The notes beneath the pieces were generated by a model. That model worked only from the letters and a program-made list of their open reading frames with translations. It searched no databases and was not told where the DNA came from. Positions 53,501 to 64,000 of a DNA stretch of 64,000 bases are shown here, one piece after another. The DNA is from Tubiluchus corallicola (lineage: Eukaryota > Animalia > Priapulida): assembly GCA_030141605.1 (NCBI GenBank), contig JAQGDQ010000403.1, positions 147,069-211,068 on the forward strand. The letters are read 5' to 3'. The translations under genes and the position numbers were made by a program. Each line of letters starts with the position of its first letter. The first letter of the stretch is position 1.

Positions 53501-56219
53501 TAGATACGTGTTTAATGCATTAAGCTCACTTTTTCATTAGTTAAGTGGGCAACCATTCGTATCATTTATAGAAAATAGATGCATCTTTATGCATAGTCCA
53601 TTTCAAAATTCAGCAAAAGTTTTGTCATCGAATAAATCTATTTTTGCTCCCCACCTTCTTCTGGTGGTCCATCTAGAACAAGTGCAAGACAGATCAACGG
53701 GCAAAACATTAAGTGTTGCTCAGTTAACAACAAACATTTAGTCTTAATAGTCCCAAATAGCATTTAAGTTATGCTGTCAACAAAAGCATTCACATCTAAC
53801 TAATCTCAGGTAACGATACATGAAGTGGCACGTCTTAAAATAAGACCTATCATGCATTAGTGCTGCCTTGCAATGTGCCTATCATTCATTGGTAGTGCTA
53901 TTCATTAGACAAATAGCTAATACAATGTTGAAAGCAAAGGCAGCACTAATGAGTGGTAGGTATGTTGCAAGCGAAGGCAGCACTAATGATTGGCAGGCAT
54001 ATTGCAAGCCTATCATTCATTAGTGCTTCCTTTGCTTACAACATTGAATAAGCTATTTGTCTAAGCTAGTGGAATGAGAGTTGGGAAAAACTAATGCATA
54101 AATGTGTGTGCATTTGTCGTAATTAAGTTGATATAAATATATACAGACAAGAACCTAAATTACTTTATCAAAGCATTTAAACTTGAATGTAGTTCTGGAA
54201 CAACAAACCTTTATTTTTTACTGTTCAGGTTTAAAGCGACAAAAGACATTTTCATACATTTCTAACTAAATGTTTTTGTTTATTTAAATAAATAGTTGAC
54301 TAGGATGTTGACTGGCCTGTTTTGTTGGACTAGGATGGTAAATGTGAAAATTAGATCCGCACTTTTGAAAAAACTTTAAAAACAGACCACACAACTGCCA
54401 AACAACTGCTACGTACAAGAGCAGTGAATCTGCGAAGAAAAAATAAAATACCTATAATTGAAACACCTCACATTCTAATCATTTTTTTACTAAGGCAATT
54501 CCTAGAACCATAATGTTAGTTAAGAAACATATGCAGTTAGGTGGCATTAATCGTAGTTGCAAAAATAACTAACCTAAGCAGCGCAGCAACAAAAAACACT
54601 TCAGCAAAAAACACAATAATTATTATTCCGGCAAGGCTAGTTACTTGCCTCATCCAGGCCCAAATATCTGCGCTGGATTTCTGAAATACCGCCTGGATGA
54701 ACAATCAATGCAACACTTATATTCTCAAAGACCTTGGCATTAATAAAGTCTATTTTACCACCACTAGACTCCTCAGCAGGAGAACCTAAAACTGTGAGCT
54801 ACAAGCAAGAAATCGTCAGTATTAACTAGACAATCAATTGCAGCATTTTTCACATGTGCAGGTATGTCACATTACAAGTAAAAATTCCTACAAACACAAA
54901 AATAGATTCATGTTTTTTGCAACTGACAGCAAAACACAAGAGATAAATCTCATGGATATGCAAAAAAAAATGTGGACGTATTGTGCAGCAATAGGAATTT
55001 GGGTATATTATCTCTTATTGAAAACATTGATTGAACAACAGTTAATATAGCCTAAAAAACCTTATCAATGTTGAGATTGTTAGGATACATCATGTCAACT
55101 AGATGGAAGAAAACTCCTACCCACAGCAAGCAATGAGATAAACAGGCCCACTAATTTGGCACTTAGATAAATTATAGCTTTTATTCTTTATCTTTAAAAA
55201 ACCACAATTTTTCAAAAAATCCAAAATTTTGAAAAATGAAATATTAAATATATAGTGTTCAAATATCTTTAATTGCAGAAGTTCTTTTAACCAATGATTT
55301 GAACACCCGTCCCAAAAACATTTCTTTAACTTTTATCTGTTTCCAGATGCGAAAGGATTGAAAACTACTGCTTTAAATGTCAGTGAAATGTTTTGCATTT
55401 AAATTGTAAGAGGCCTTGCTGATAAATCAAATTTTATACCAAAGTATCATGTTTTCATCAATCACACCATGAATAAATCACAGACAAAATCAATTGTTGC
55501 TGGACAAGGCAACACTAATTTACACAATGGTATTTTTGCTCAAACCTAATTCTAACGCATTAGTGGTTTTCTTTACAGTCTTTACCATAGCTGTCATGTA
55601 AAAGTGTACCTCTGTTAATTCACATTTAACTTTTGTATTGTGGCATTTGCAATTATATATGATATTATTATTTAACAAGAAGAAAATGGAACTATAAAGA
55701 CATCATTGTCTATTGATAAAAACTTAACTGTGAGGAATTTATCTAGTTTAGCAGGAGACTGTAAAAAGCTACTGGATCATTTTGGAGTTTTTAGCGTAAA
55801 GCACTTATTAAACTGTATGTGTATACAATAAATTATAAAAAATAATGTAAAACTACCTTTCCGTTAACTTTGCCAGTTTCTAAAGCAGCTTTAACACCAA
55901 GTGAAGCGGCCAGGCCAGCTTCACAAATTAAGTTATGTCCGCACGCATGCCCAATTTCTGGAAGAGCATCGTATTCACATATAATAGCCACATTCGTCCC
56001 TTCTCCTCTAGAGAATTCAGCACGGAATGCCGTAGGAAGCTTAAATTCTCTGGTAACTTCAAAACCATGCTTTTCAAGAAAATCAGTCACAGCTGCATGA
56101 GCCTTAACTTCTTCAAAACCCAACTCTGGGTTTTCCCATAAATATTTGCTTAAGCTATGCAGCTCCGATCGCTTTTTGTCTATGGCACTAAAAATTGTGT
56201 CACTTGCAGTACTACACAT
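41529..56219 (-). CDS. PM20D2: Peptidase M20 domain-containing 2 (M20D/Acy1L2 metallo-dipeptidase) with an array of alternative second exons
   Basis: Exon 1 56219-55857 ([23 protein letters not shown]); one of five exon-2 copies; exon 3 45913-45772 ([19 protein letters not shown]); exon 4 44171-43926 ([13 protein letters not shown]); exon 5 43175-43048 ([15 protein letters not shown]); exon 6 41723-41529 ([11 protein letters not shown]). Phases 0/0/1/1/0 are consistent. Confidence 0.95.
42270..43010 (-). mobile_element. 3' end of an L2/Crack/CR1-group LINE in PM20D2 intron 5
   Basis: [19 protein letters not shown]...YATR...[11 protein letters not shown] is a typical ORF2 C-terminus. (AATA)n-like tail at ~42270-42300. 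Confidence 0.7.
43401..43621. mobile_element. Foldback/MITE with ~90-bp imperfect inverted arms
   Basis: atgttgaattgcttcctta...catacatattcaagt (43401-43491) versus acttgaatatgtatga...taaggaagcaattcaacat (43531-43621). Confidence 0.85.
44300..44560 (+). mobile_element. LINE ORF2 C-terminal fragment (CCHC-like end)
   Basis: CNCG...[13 protein letters not shown]...LLFG...FILRTKRF, typical of non-LTR ORF2 termini. Confidence 0.7.
44757..45010. mobile_element. MITE-like element with aaagtcac/gtgacttt subterminal repeats and an internal TTAGGG-like tract
   Basis: aataaagtcac repeats on the left, gtgacttttt repeats on the right, tagggttagggttag in the middle. Confidence 0.6.
47910..48059 (-). CDS. 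PM20D2: PM20D2 alternative exon 2e (150 nt, GC donor)
   Basis: TAG|[50 protein letters not shown]|GCAAGT. Confidence 0.9.
48370..48680 (-). mobile_element. Degraded non-LTR reverse transcriptase fragment
   Basis: [13 protein letters not shown] (GVPQGS motif) and an upstream FETFDNV (AFD motif remnant). Confidence 0.6.
50285..50434 (-). CDS. PM20D2: PM20D2 alternative exon 2d (150 nt)
   Basis: TAG|[50 protein letters not shown]|GTAAGA. Confidence 0.92.
52092..52241 (-). CDS. PM20D2: PM20D2 alternative exon 2c (150 nt)
   Basis: TAG|[50 protein letters not shown]|GTAAGC. Confidence 0.92.
53088..53237 (-). CDS. PM20D2: PM20D2 alternative exon 2b (150 nt)
   Basis: AAG|[50 protein letters not shown]|GTAGGG. 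Confidence 0.9.
53530..53685 (-). pseudogene. Decayed PM20D2 exon-2 copy (pseudoexon)
   Basis: [11 protein letters not shown]/(frameshift)[14 protein letters not shown]...MHLFSIND, with stop codons. The GTGAG donor is kept and no AG acceptor sits at the expected position. Confidence 0.8.
53846..54064. repeat. Complex inverted-repeat cluster between exon 2a and exon 2b
   Basis: 53905-53960 pairs with 54009-54064 (~56-bp arms). The unit cctatcattcattagtgctgcctt occurs in both orientations. Confidence 0.85.
54649..54798 (-). CDS. PM20D2: PM20D2 alternative exon 2a (150 nt, GC donor)
   Basis: TAG|[50 protein letters not shown]|GCAAGT. Confidence 0.88.
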
Positions 56220-57841
56220 TCTTCTTGTATGTTTTGATTTCCTATTAATTCCAAGATCTAAAAATTTGTTACAGTAATACTAGAAAGTGCTTTCACAATG
56301 TCAGAACATTTTTAGTCTTCCTTTTTCCAAAGCTTAAAAAATTTCCAGCAATTATTGTATAACACTATTAATTCAGTTCTTTAAATACACTTTTAAACAA
56401 TGGCTCCATTGTAATTGTACCGATGTGAAAAGGTTGATATCCCGTGTAAAATAATAATGTAATTTTATATGTTAACAGTGAAAATGCAGTGGCATAGCTA
56501 AAAGGGCAGAGGAGGCAGTTTGTCCTGGGCAGGCAGCACTTTGATTCTGTTGGAAAAACAAAAAGGTGAAAAAAATTGTATGTACACAATACGCAAATAA
56601 TCGTTATCTAATCTGTGCTTCGATTATTGCTGTAGATATAATGATGTACAATTTCTTTGTCATAAGTTGCATCTCTATTGTTGTAGTGTTATGACGTTTG
56701 CATTCATTGTTTTACTTTAGAAGTCAAAAAAGTTTTCAGATGCCAGTGGGTGTGATTTTCTTAACATCAATTTAACAAATACTTAAAGTTGTTCGACGTG
56801 CATGTGTGTTTTGACTAACAAAGAGCAAAACGCATGACATAATTTGTTTCCACGAAACTCATGTAATACAACGAGTACCACGTTCTGGTTACATCGCCCC
56901 AAAATAGCCAAAAATAGTAATTTCTTTCGTACAGGTGCGAATGTTTTGCTTTGGTACATTACCGAAGAAAACAAGTGAACTTAAATATTGTATAATTTAG
57001 CTTTGCGGTTTGCCCTCTTAGTACTTTATGAAACCGGGATTGACAGCAAGTTCAAAGAGCTAAAGTACAAGTCAAGAAATTCTTGGCAGTTAAAAATCTC
57101 CCGGGAAGCCTAATCTTCTAAAAATGTTCCCGACGAATGAGAAAACAGTTTGCCTCTAGTATAACGTAAAATAATAAAATTTTCACTGATTTAATTTTAC
57201 TCAGTTTAAAATAATAACACTAAACTTTCACTTTTAGTAAACCTATGTTGCGCTAAATTTTTCTGAAATTTTATTGCACAAATACAGTCTCTGATTCAAC
57301 TGCAAATTAGCTGATATCAGAAGCCGCAGTGCTGAGCACTTGGGCTTTCATCAATCATCAGTCATCATTGCCAGGCAAACTCAAAAAGTTGGCTTGTAAA
57401 AGATAAGTCCAAGACACCGTAATTAGAAGATATAAAAGTAACAGCTGCTAGTGATGGCAGACTGGTATAGCCCGCTATAATCTTCAGATGTATTATCGGA
57501 GCAGGTTAAACCACAAGATCAAACTGACTAACCTGGAATTGGGTGGTAATACAAACATTTGTTGTTGCATTACTCTTCTTTTGCTTTGCACATAGTGATG
57601 GCTGGATACTAGATACTGGAAAGTGTTTCCCTGTAAATACAGAGTACAAAAGCGCTATACATGGATCAAACTGCTGGGGCAAATAAGAAGGAAGTTTATT
57701 CAAGAGAGAAAAATGTTACGTATTTGCAGAGAGTTTTATATGTATTTGCAATTATTGTATTACTTATTGTAATTTTATTACTTATTATAATAGTCGATCT
57801 GTATCTCATAATAGCTAGTATAACTGTGTAGCACTCAGATG

Positions 57842-59590
57842 TCACTTGGTCATGTTGCTCCAGTGGGTAGCAGTGAGTCGTGTCATATAGAACTCTCCAA
57901 CAATAATTATTTTGGTATTCTTATGGTGTGATGTGGCATCAAACAGGTTTAGAAGTAATTGCTTGTTGTGTGCAGATGTGGACGGACACCTATAAATGCA
58001 CCCTGTAACATATTTGATAGATCTAGAAGTCACTAGTTGAATCCTAGCAGTTTCATTGAAATTATAATTGTTGCAAAGGTCTACATCATTTACTGAAAGT
58101 GTTTCCTTGACAAAAATTAATACATCCTGCATTCCAGTGAGCTGTGTCAGCAAATGGCATGCAATAACCAGGAAGGTTGAATTTACTGAGGTGTCATATT
58201 AAATGAAGAATTTCTTGGTTTTACCTCTGCTATGCAGATCGCATCCAATGTTTTCAAAGCTACTAAAGTTTGCAATCCTTCCAGCCTGTTACTTAATGAA
58301 TCAGCATTAAAAAACATACATTAAATTCGTTTCTGTGCAATCACACATGATCCAATTAAATTGGAATTATTTTGGCATGAAAATTCAAAACTGTGGTTAG
58401 TAGATGAGTCAACTCTGTTTACATTATTTACATTATTACTTTGAACTCGATGATGAAGAGGTTGTCATTTTCCAGTGGTTACTCCACCATTCCAGGCCCT
58501 TGTAACTCTTGGCATTTGATGTGCTATTGTTTGAAGCCTGCATTGTTTTACTATCAGCTGCTTGTGGTGTGTTTGATGCACTTTTGGATTTTGGCACAAT
58601 ACTTGATCAAACGACTGACTCAATTTGTGTTTCAGGATGGTTTGTAGCAGTACTATGTTGCAGATCATTTGATTCCAAATCAGAAGAATAGATTGAACAG
58701 TTGCTGTCATCTGCCACATCTACTGCATTGTCTGTAGGTTCAGTAGATTGAACATCGTTGATGCTTCTGCCCATTGCGTCTACTGTAGCACTGGTTGAAG
58801 TTGCTGCTTTAGTTCTTCTAACTAGTTCTCCCTTCTTAATATAGATATCAGTTTCGTCTTTCGTTTTCCTAGTCTGAAGCCCACTGAGAGAAGTTGTCTC
58901 CTGGCTTGAAAATCCTTTTTTGTTAAATTTTCTTCGATGAAAATTTTTCAATAGATTGGTTGCGATCTCAGTTCTACTCCTTTGCGCAAAATTTTCTATT
59001 TCAAAGACACGGAGTTGGTAATAATTTTTATTGTAACAATCTTTAGCTTTTCCAAGCTGAAACATTTCTATAATTTTACTGAGCTGTGATCTGTACTAAC
59101 ATATTCTGTAATCCATGCTCTTACACTTTGCGCGGTTAGAAAACGAGATATCAGATTCAGGAGCCTGCTTTATTATTACGTTTGCCATCCTACTATCATG
59201 GTCTCGCCCATCACGCAATATTTTTTGAATTTCTTCTCTCAAACTATCATTGGACACTAGATGCTTTATTCTCGTTTCTAATTCGCTGCAACGTTGATTT
59301 ATAATTGTCTTGTTTTTCAACAAAATTTTTATGTTTTTGTTCTGGCTTTTGATTTCTTTGGTGATTTTGTTTAGTAAGCTGCATCTAGGATCTTGAAATA
59401 TTGGTAATTACTCCATCACATCTGACACATGCCTAGTGGATATGAGTACTATGTTCTGCTAAAGTGCTGTATGTCTCATTGGATATTTTTGGCAGATGGG
59501 GTGGAACCATAAACAACATAACTGCCACTGAGTGCCTTTAGAGTTGTTAACAATTTTTTGCAGACAGGACATCTTACTTCTGGATCACTT
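57842..59590 (-). mobile_element. Degenerate CR1/L2-group LINE 5' half (PHD-finger ORF1 and APE endonuclease)
   Basis: ORF1 remnant CPVCKK...QWQLCCLWFHPIC...ACVRC at ~59570-59420, then a coiled coil and ANVII. Endonuclease remnants FFNADSLSN, ICIAEV, VLIFVKE, GCIYRCPS and IIIVGEF, with stops and frameshifts. Confidence 0.75.
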
Positions 59591-59926
59591 GACATACTTG
59601 TTGTGGCCATTTTAATGACAAAGGTATATTATGCATTTTTAGTTTGGATGAATTTTGTAGTAATAATAAGCTCACCAGTTGTATCCGACAAAAAAAACGC
59701 CTTTATGTATATACCTGTATAATTTTCCTTTTTGTACTTGCCAATGTATGTAATGTTATTTGCACAGTTGCACTCTACAGAAGAGAGAATAGCAAAACAG
59801 CGATAACAAATAAAACAGCGATAGCAAATAAAACTGATTGAATCGAAAAAAAATAACGTGGACCAAAGACATGGTGGAAATAAAGACTGCGTCGAGCAAC
59901 TCAAGTTGTCGACAAAATTGAATAAA

Positions 59927-61204
59927 ATGGCTGAACACGTGAAATCTAGGAAAGCAAAAGTAAAAATTTCGAAAAATAAAAAGAAAGGCTGGCGAAAGCA
60001 TGCAGATATTAGTGACGTAGAACAACACTTAGAAGATAGGCGCCAAGAGGAACGTGCCGGTGGGTTAGTATCTGAGAAGCCTGATAGTAGTCTGTTTTTC
60101 ATCGAAAAGTCTGCATCAAAAAACGTCGAAAAGCCACGAAAAACAGAAAAACTTAAAGATATCAAGTTGAAGTGTTTTTCTAACTTGGAGCCTGACCCAA
60201 GAGTTAAACCAGGTTATCTAGGTCGTTTTAAACAGACTGCTACATTGAAACAAAAAGTGGAACATACGCAATGTAAAAATCGCTTGTACAAAAACTCGAA
60301 AGAGAGACGAGGAAGAAGAAACAAGGCAAAGTCACCACCTAGGTCAGTAATTTATGATATATGGGGGGCACCAGAACAGATTCCTGATGTTGCCGCAGTT
60401 CAGAAATTAGAGGAGTTTTATGCTATATCTACGAAACGAAAATTGCCTGCTCCTCCAGATCATCTCAAAACTAAACCATCGAAGTTGGCAGCAGTGATTG
60501 TTCCGCATGCAGGTGCATCTTACAATCCTGCATATGATGATCATCAGGAATTACTCAGGCAGGCTGTGAACTTAGAAGAAGAAAAAATTAAAATCACTGC
60601 CAAAATTGATAGAGCCACCACAGAAATGTTTCCTACAAAAGACGAAGCACCAACAGAAGAAACATGGCTTCGTGAAATGTCGGAAGGGCTTAACAGTGCA
60701 GGGAAGGAAACAACAACCAAGTGCATTGATCAAGAGGACTTTTTTATTCCAGCAGTGAAAAAGAATGAACGTAAACCCAAGAAAAAGCGAAATATGGAGA
60801 TTAAAGAAAAGGCTCTGGGTAGTTTGAAAGCTAAACTAAAAGAAGAAAGGGTGAGAAAAAATGCCATCTACAATCTTAGATCAATAAAAAAAGAAATATT
60901 TCAAGAAGAAAGAACAAAACAGGAAAGACAGAACAGAAAAGCTCAAAAGCAGCTGGCAAAAATTAATGACCCAAAGCGCATTGGCCGAATGAAATATCGG
61001 GATCCAGAATTAGAAGTTAAATTGAGTAGTGAATTGGTTGGATCACTGCGACAGCTAAAGCCAGAAAGTAGTTTACTTGAGGACAGATTTAAAAGTTTGC
61101 AAAAGCGATCAATTATTGAACCTCGAGAACGTAGTTCAATAGTTAGAAAATATAAACGGAAGACGTACGAAAAGGCAAGCCACAAGAGTGTAACAGTAAG
61201 TTAG
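59927..61204 (+). CDS. NOP53: Ribosome biogenesis protein NOP53 (GLTSCR2/PICT1), intronless
   Basis: SKNKKKGWRK...D, LFFIEK (AIM-like), YDIW, PHAGASYNP, ELVGSLRQLKPE..LLEDRFKSLQKR.IIEPR. First ATG at 59927; the ORF track starts at an upstream GTG (59858). Confidence 0.95.
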   Translation: MAEHVKSRKAKVKISKNKKKGWRKHADISDVEQHLEDRRQEERAGGLVSEKPDSSLFFIEKSASKNVEKPRKTEKLKDIKLKCFSNLEPDPRVKPGYLGRFKQTATLKQKVEHTQCKNRLYKNSKERRGRRNKAKSPPRSVIYDIWGAPEQIPDVAAVQKLEEFYAISTKRKLPAPPDHLKTKPSKLAAVIVPHAGASYNPAYDDHQELLRQAVNLEEEKIKITAKIDRATTEMFPTKDEAPTEETWLREMSEGLNSAGKETTTKCIDQEDFFIPAVKKNERKPKKKRNMEIKEKALGSLKAKLKEERVRKNAIYNLRSIKKEIFQEERTKQERQNRKAQKQLAKINDPKRIGRMKYRDPELEVKLSSELVGSLRQLKPESSLLEDRFKSLQKRSIIEPRERSSIVRKYKRKTYEKASHKSVTVS

Positions 61205-62200
61205 GGAATACAGGCTTTATACATCATGCTAGATAACTGATTACTGAAGCTTTTTCTGATTGTATGTAAGCTTAAAAATTGCTTGCCTAATCATTGGCTA
61301 TATTATAAAATTACAGTAACTGAATCCTTACAATAAATAAAGTTTGCCTATTATAAAATTGACTGCCACAGTCGTGCTTAATTATCAGTAATCTCAATTT
61401 CAAGATTTCTGGTTAATGATGGCATGAACCTACCATTACTGAATTTTTTAAACCAAATTTGACTGAAAGAAAGTTTCTTCCTCACCATGAAGCGTGGTTT
61501 AAATGCTTCAATAATGATGGGTCAGTTTCATCATAGTTACTGTTTGTTTACAAAAATTGGCACAAATTACATATCATCAGAAATGTGAAAAATAATTTTT
61601 GGTTCAAAGTTGGCTAGTTTGTTCATCTTACTTAAGGTTTGCCTATTGTGTGCAAGAGTTATTGTGAAATATTATGGATTGTGAAGTTGTAAAATTTTAG
61701 CTTTAATGACAAATGCTTATTCTATATGAGAATAGAAATGAGGTTTCTATTCTCATACAACAGTTTACTAGTCTGTAGGTGGTAATAATGAAATGAATGT
61801 GGAATGGCAAAATTTGAAAATTGGGCAAGTTATGGTAGAAGGACTGCCATTGACAACAAACTCATTATTTTAAAATGTGACAAAAATTTGTTTAGTATTT
61901 GCCACCATTGAGTAGACTTGTTTACCCTTGTAAGTTTGCAGCAAAATAGCATGGTAACATTAAAAATACACATCAAAATTTTATATTTTTTAATGTACAA
62001 ACAGTATTATTACCCACACTGCATCTAATAACATTTATATAATAATAATAATACTAATAATATATATATATATCAAATGATACAGTTATATATGTACAAA
62101 TGACACAGAGAGGGTGAAGTAGCTTTCAGAAAATTGATAACAAACTAACAGTTTAACGCATGTTATATTGTTAATGAGTGTATAATGGCAGAAATAACAG

Positions 62201-63337
62201 TTAGGTTTGCTCCCGGCCATCGCCATTAGCCATTTTTGAACATGATCGGCAAAATTCCAGGGACACGTTGCTGTTTTCGACATGAAGACAAATTCCTCCA
62301 CCAATGAGTGTCTTACTATTAACACGCTTTGAAGCTGGCTCGCTGGAACAAAGAGAATCATTCACGCGTTTCCGACTTACTTCAAATGACGTACTTAAAG
62401 CAGTTTTACTTGCACTCACTGACTGCAGAACAGAAGATAAAGCACTGTCATTGGCAATCACATTTTTCAAGTATAAAATTTCCTCCCGGAGTGAATCTAT
62501 TGTCTTTTTAGATGCTTCGAGTTCTGAACACAACTTACTGTTTTTATCGGATAACTCCTTGACATTGTTTTCTAAACCAGTGATGTATGCTTTTTTTCTT
62601 TCACGGTTAATTTTTGCTTGGATGGCATTTCTCTTGTTTCTGTCTGTGACATTTGCTAAAGTAGTGTTGTCATCATCTGCATCTGTGTCGTCAGTACTAT
62701 ATTTGTTTGTTTGTGTTGTTTGCTGCACATCTTGCTTTTTTGACTTGCTTGCTGGTGTTTTGGTAGTTCTAGTTTTCAGTGAAGCTGTTTTAGTGGTCCT
62801 TCTGCTCCCTGTTTTCTGATTAGAATTATTTGGCATTTGAACAGTTTCCTTGGCAAAAACTGAACTGCTACTGAAAAGACTTACAGCTGCGACTCCTGTT
62901 TCTGTTTCAACAGCAGGAACAACATCCTCTGCTTCAGTACTTTCTAAAATTGGGAGAACAATCTCCTTGCCTTGTTGAACTTGTTTCTTTTCAATCTCTG
63001 GTGACTCGGGCCGATCTAAGCATGCAAGGTCTTTATCACCAATTGTTATGGCAACATCATTTGCAGTCAGGTCATCAGTTAAGTCATTGTCAGCATCTGG
63101 AACATTCAGTAACGCTTCTATAAGGCTTCCAAAATCTCCATCATCTGTAGCTAATGACTCAAGATAAGCTGGTTCGACTGAGTATTTGTCAAGATCACTC
63201 ACAGCAGTGTAACTATATTGCTGAGCTTGAGCACTGCTGTACTGCGGTGGCTGATATTGATACAACTGTGTGTATGATGGAGCTGATTCAAGATCTGGAG
63301 TGTTCATTAGATCTGGGTATTCAGTGGGCTTTGCCAT
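62201..63337 (-). CDS. CREBZF: CREB/ATF bZIP transcription factor, CREBZF (Zhangfei)-like, single exon
   Basis: Basic region RNAIQAKINRERKKAYITGLE plus leucine zipper. The C-terminal GGICLHV...VSLEFCRSC motif is characteristic of CREBZF. ATG at 63337. Confidence 0.85.
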   Translation of the reverse strand: MAKPTEYPDLMNTPDLESAPSYTQLYQYQPPQYSSAQAQQYSYTAVSDLDKYSVEPAYLESLATDDGDFGSLIEALLNVPDADNDLTDDLTANDVAITIGDKDLACLDRPESPEIEKKQVQQGKEIVLPILESTEAEDVVPAVETETGVAAVSLFSSSSVFAKETVQMPNNSNQKTGSRRTTKTASLKTRTTKTPASKSKKQDVQQTTQTNKYSTDDTDADDDNTTLANVTDRNKRNAIQAKINRERKKAYITGLENNVKELSDKNSKLCSELEASKKTIDSLREEILYLKNVIANDSALSSVLQSVSASKTALSTSFEVSRKRVNDSLCSSEPASKRVNSKTLIGGGICLHVENSNVSLEFCRSCSKMANGDGREQT

Positions 63338-64000
63338 AATCAACAGCCTAGTTTAAATGTAAACTTTGAATGCGTGCATCATTTTGTTGAAATTTTGTCA
63401 AATGGAAAGTTACCACAATATAATCCATGGCATTACCAGCCACTGTAAACCTAAAAAAAACAGAAAAACTGTGAACATAAAAACTCAACTTTGTAGAAAA
63501 AATGGCAGTAACTTCTGTTATGCATTATTCGCTAACAACTGGATTCATATACGTGAAACCGCTTGCAAAATACAAAACAAATATATACACGTCACATGTT
63601 TATACTAATAATACTATACTAATAAAGGCTGTGGAGTCGGAGTCGGCAGTAAATCTATTCCCGTGTGCGTATACATATATACATACACATACATATATAT
63701 ATCAGTCTAACCTCGTTATCGCGCCACTGTCCGTCTAGGGCAAATTTTTGGCGAGAGGCGAGTATGGCGAGATAACGGGAATATAACGAAGTTAGTCTAT
63801 ATGTATATACATACTGTACATAATAGTTGATTAACATAGCGTTCCTCTATGTACATATAAAATATATTTCGCATTATGATACCAATCAGCATTAAATCAG
63901 AAATGAAAAAATGTCATAAAAATAATCTTAGAATGTTACTTTTTTATTTAAAAAACCTTTTTCGAGTATACACTTAAATGCAATAAACTTAGCAAAAGAT

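Noticed and set aside
47910-54798. Reading the exon-2 copies as separate tandem PM20D2 genes
   Set aside because: Only one copy each of exons 1 and 3-6 was found, so the duplication is limited to exon 2.
59629-62819. Antisense ORFs 59629..60165 and 62304..62819
   Set aside because: Shadows of the NOP53 and CREBZF coding strands.

Overview
AT-rich eukaryotic invertebrate genomic DNA with spliceosomal introns (arthropod-like by inference; species cannot be determined). Genes in order: 5' part of a minus-strand gene cut by the window edge (weak MED1 N-terminus resemblance); CFAP410/C21orf2 (6 exons, +) with an intronless PPP1R11 nested on the same strand in intron 1; an intronless, membrane-anchored monofunctional PHM with a 10x12-aa N-glycan stalk (-); tRNA-Gly(TCC); an 8-exon ZP-domain membrane protein (+); a PM20D2-type M20D peptidase (-); intronless NOP53 (+); CREBZF-like bZIP (-). 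Main finding: the second coding exon of the PM20D2 gene, which carries the catalytic/metal-binding EE and xHP motifs, occurs as five intact, divergent 150-nt phase-0 copies (two with GC donors) plus decayed copies. Long-range complementary intronic sequences accompany the array. This looks like a Dscam-style mutually exclusive exon system that swaps the enzyme active site. Also present: a TSD-flanked, internally deleted RTE element with a twister-ribozyme core whose P1 5' strand comes from the target site, several MITEs, LINE fragments and microsatellites. All calls are manual readings of the sequence; no database searches were run.
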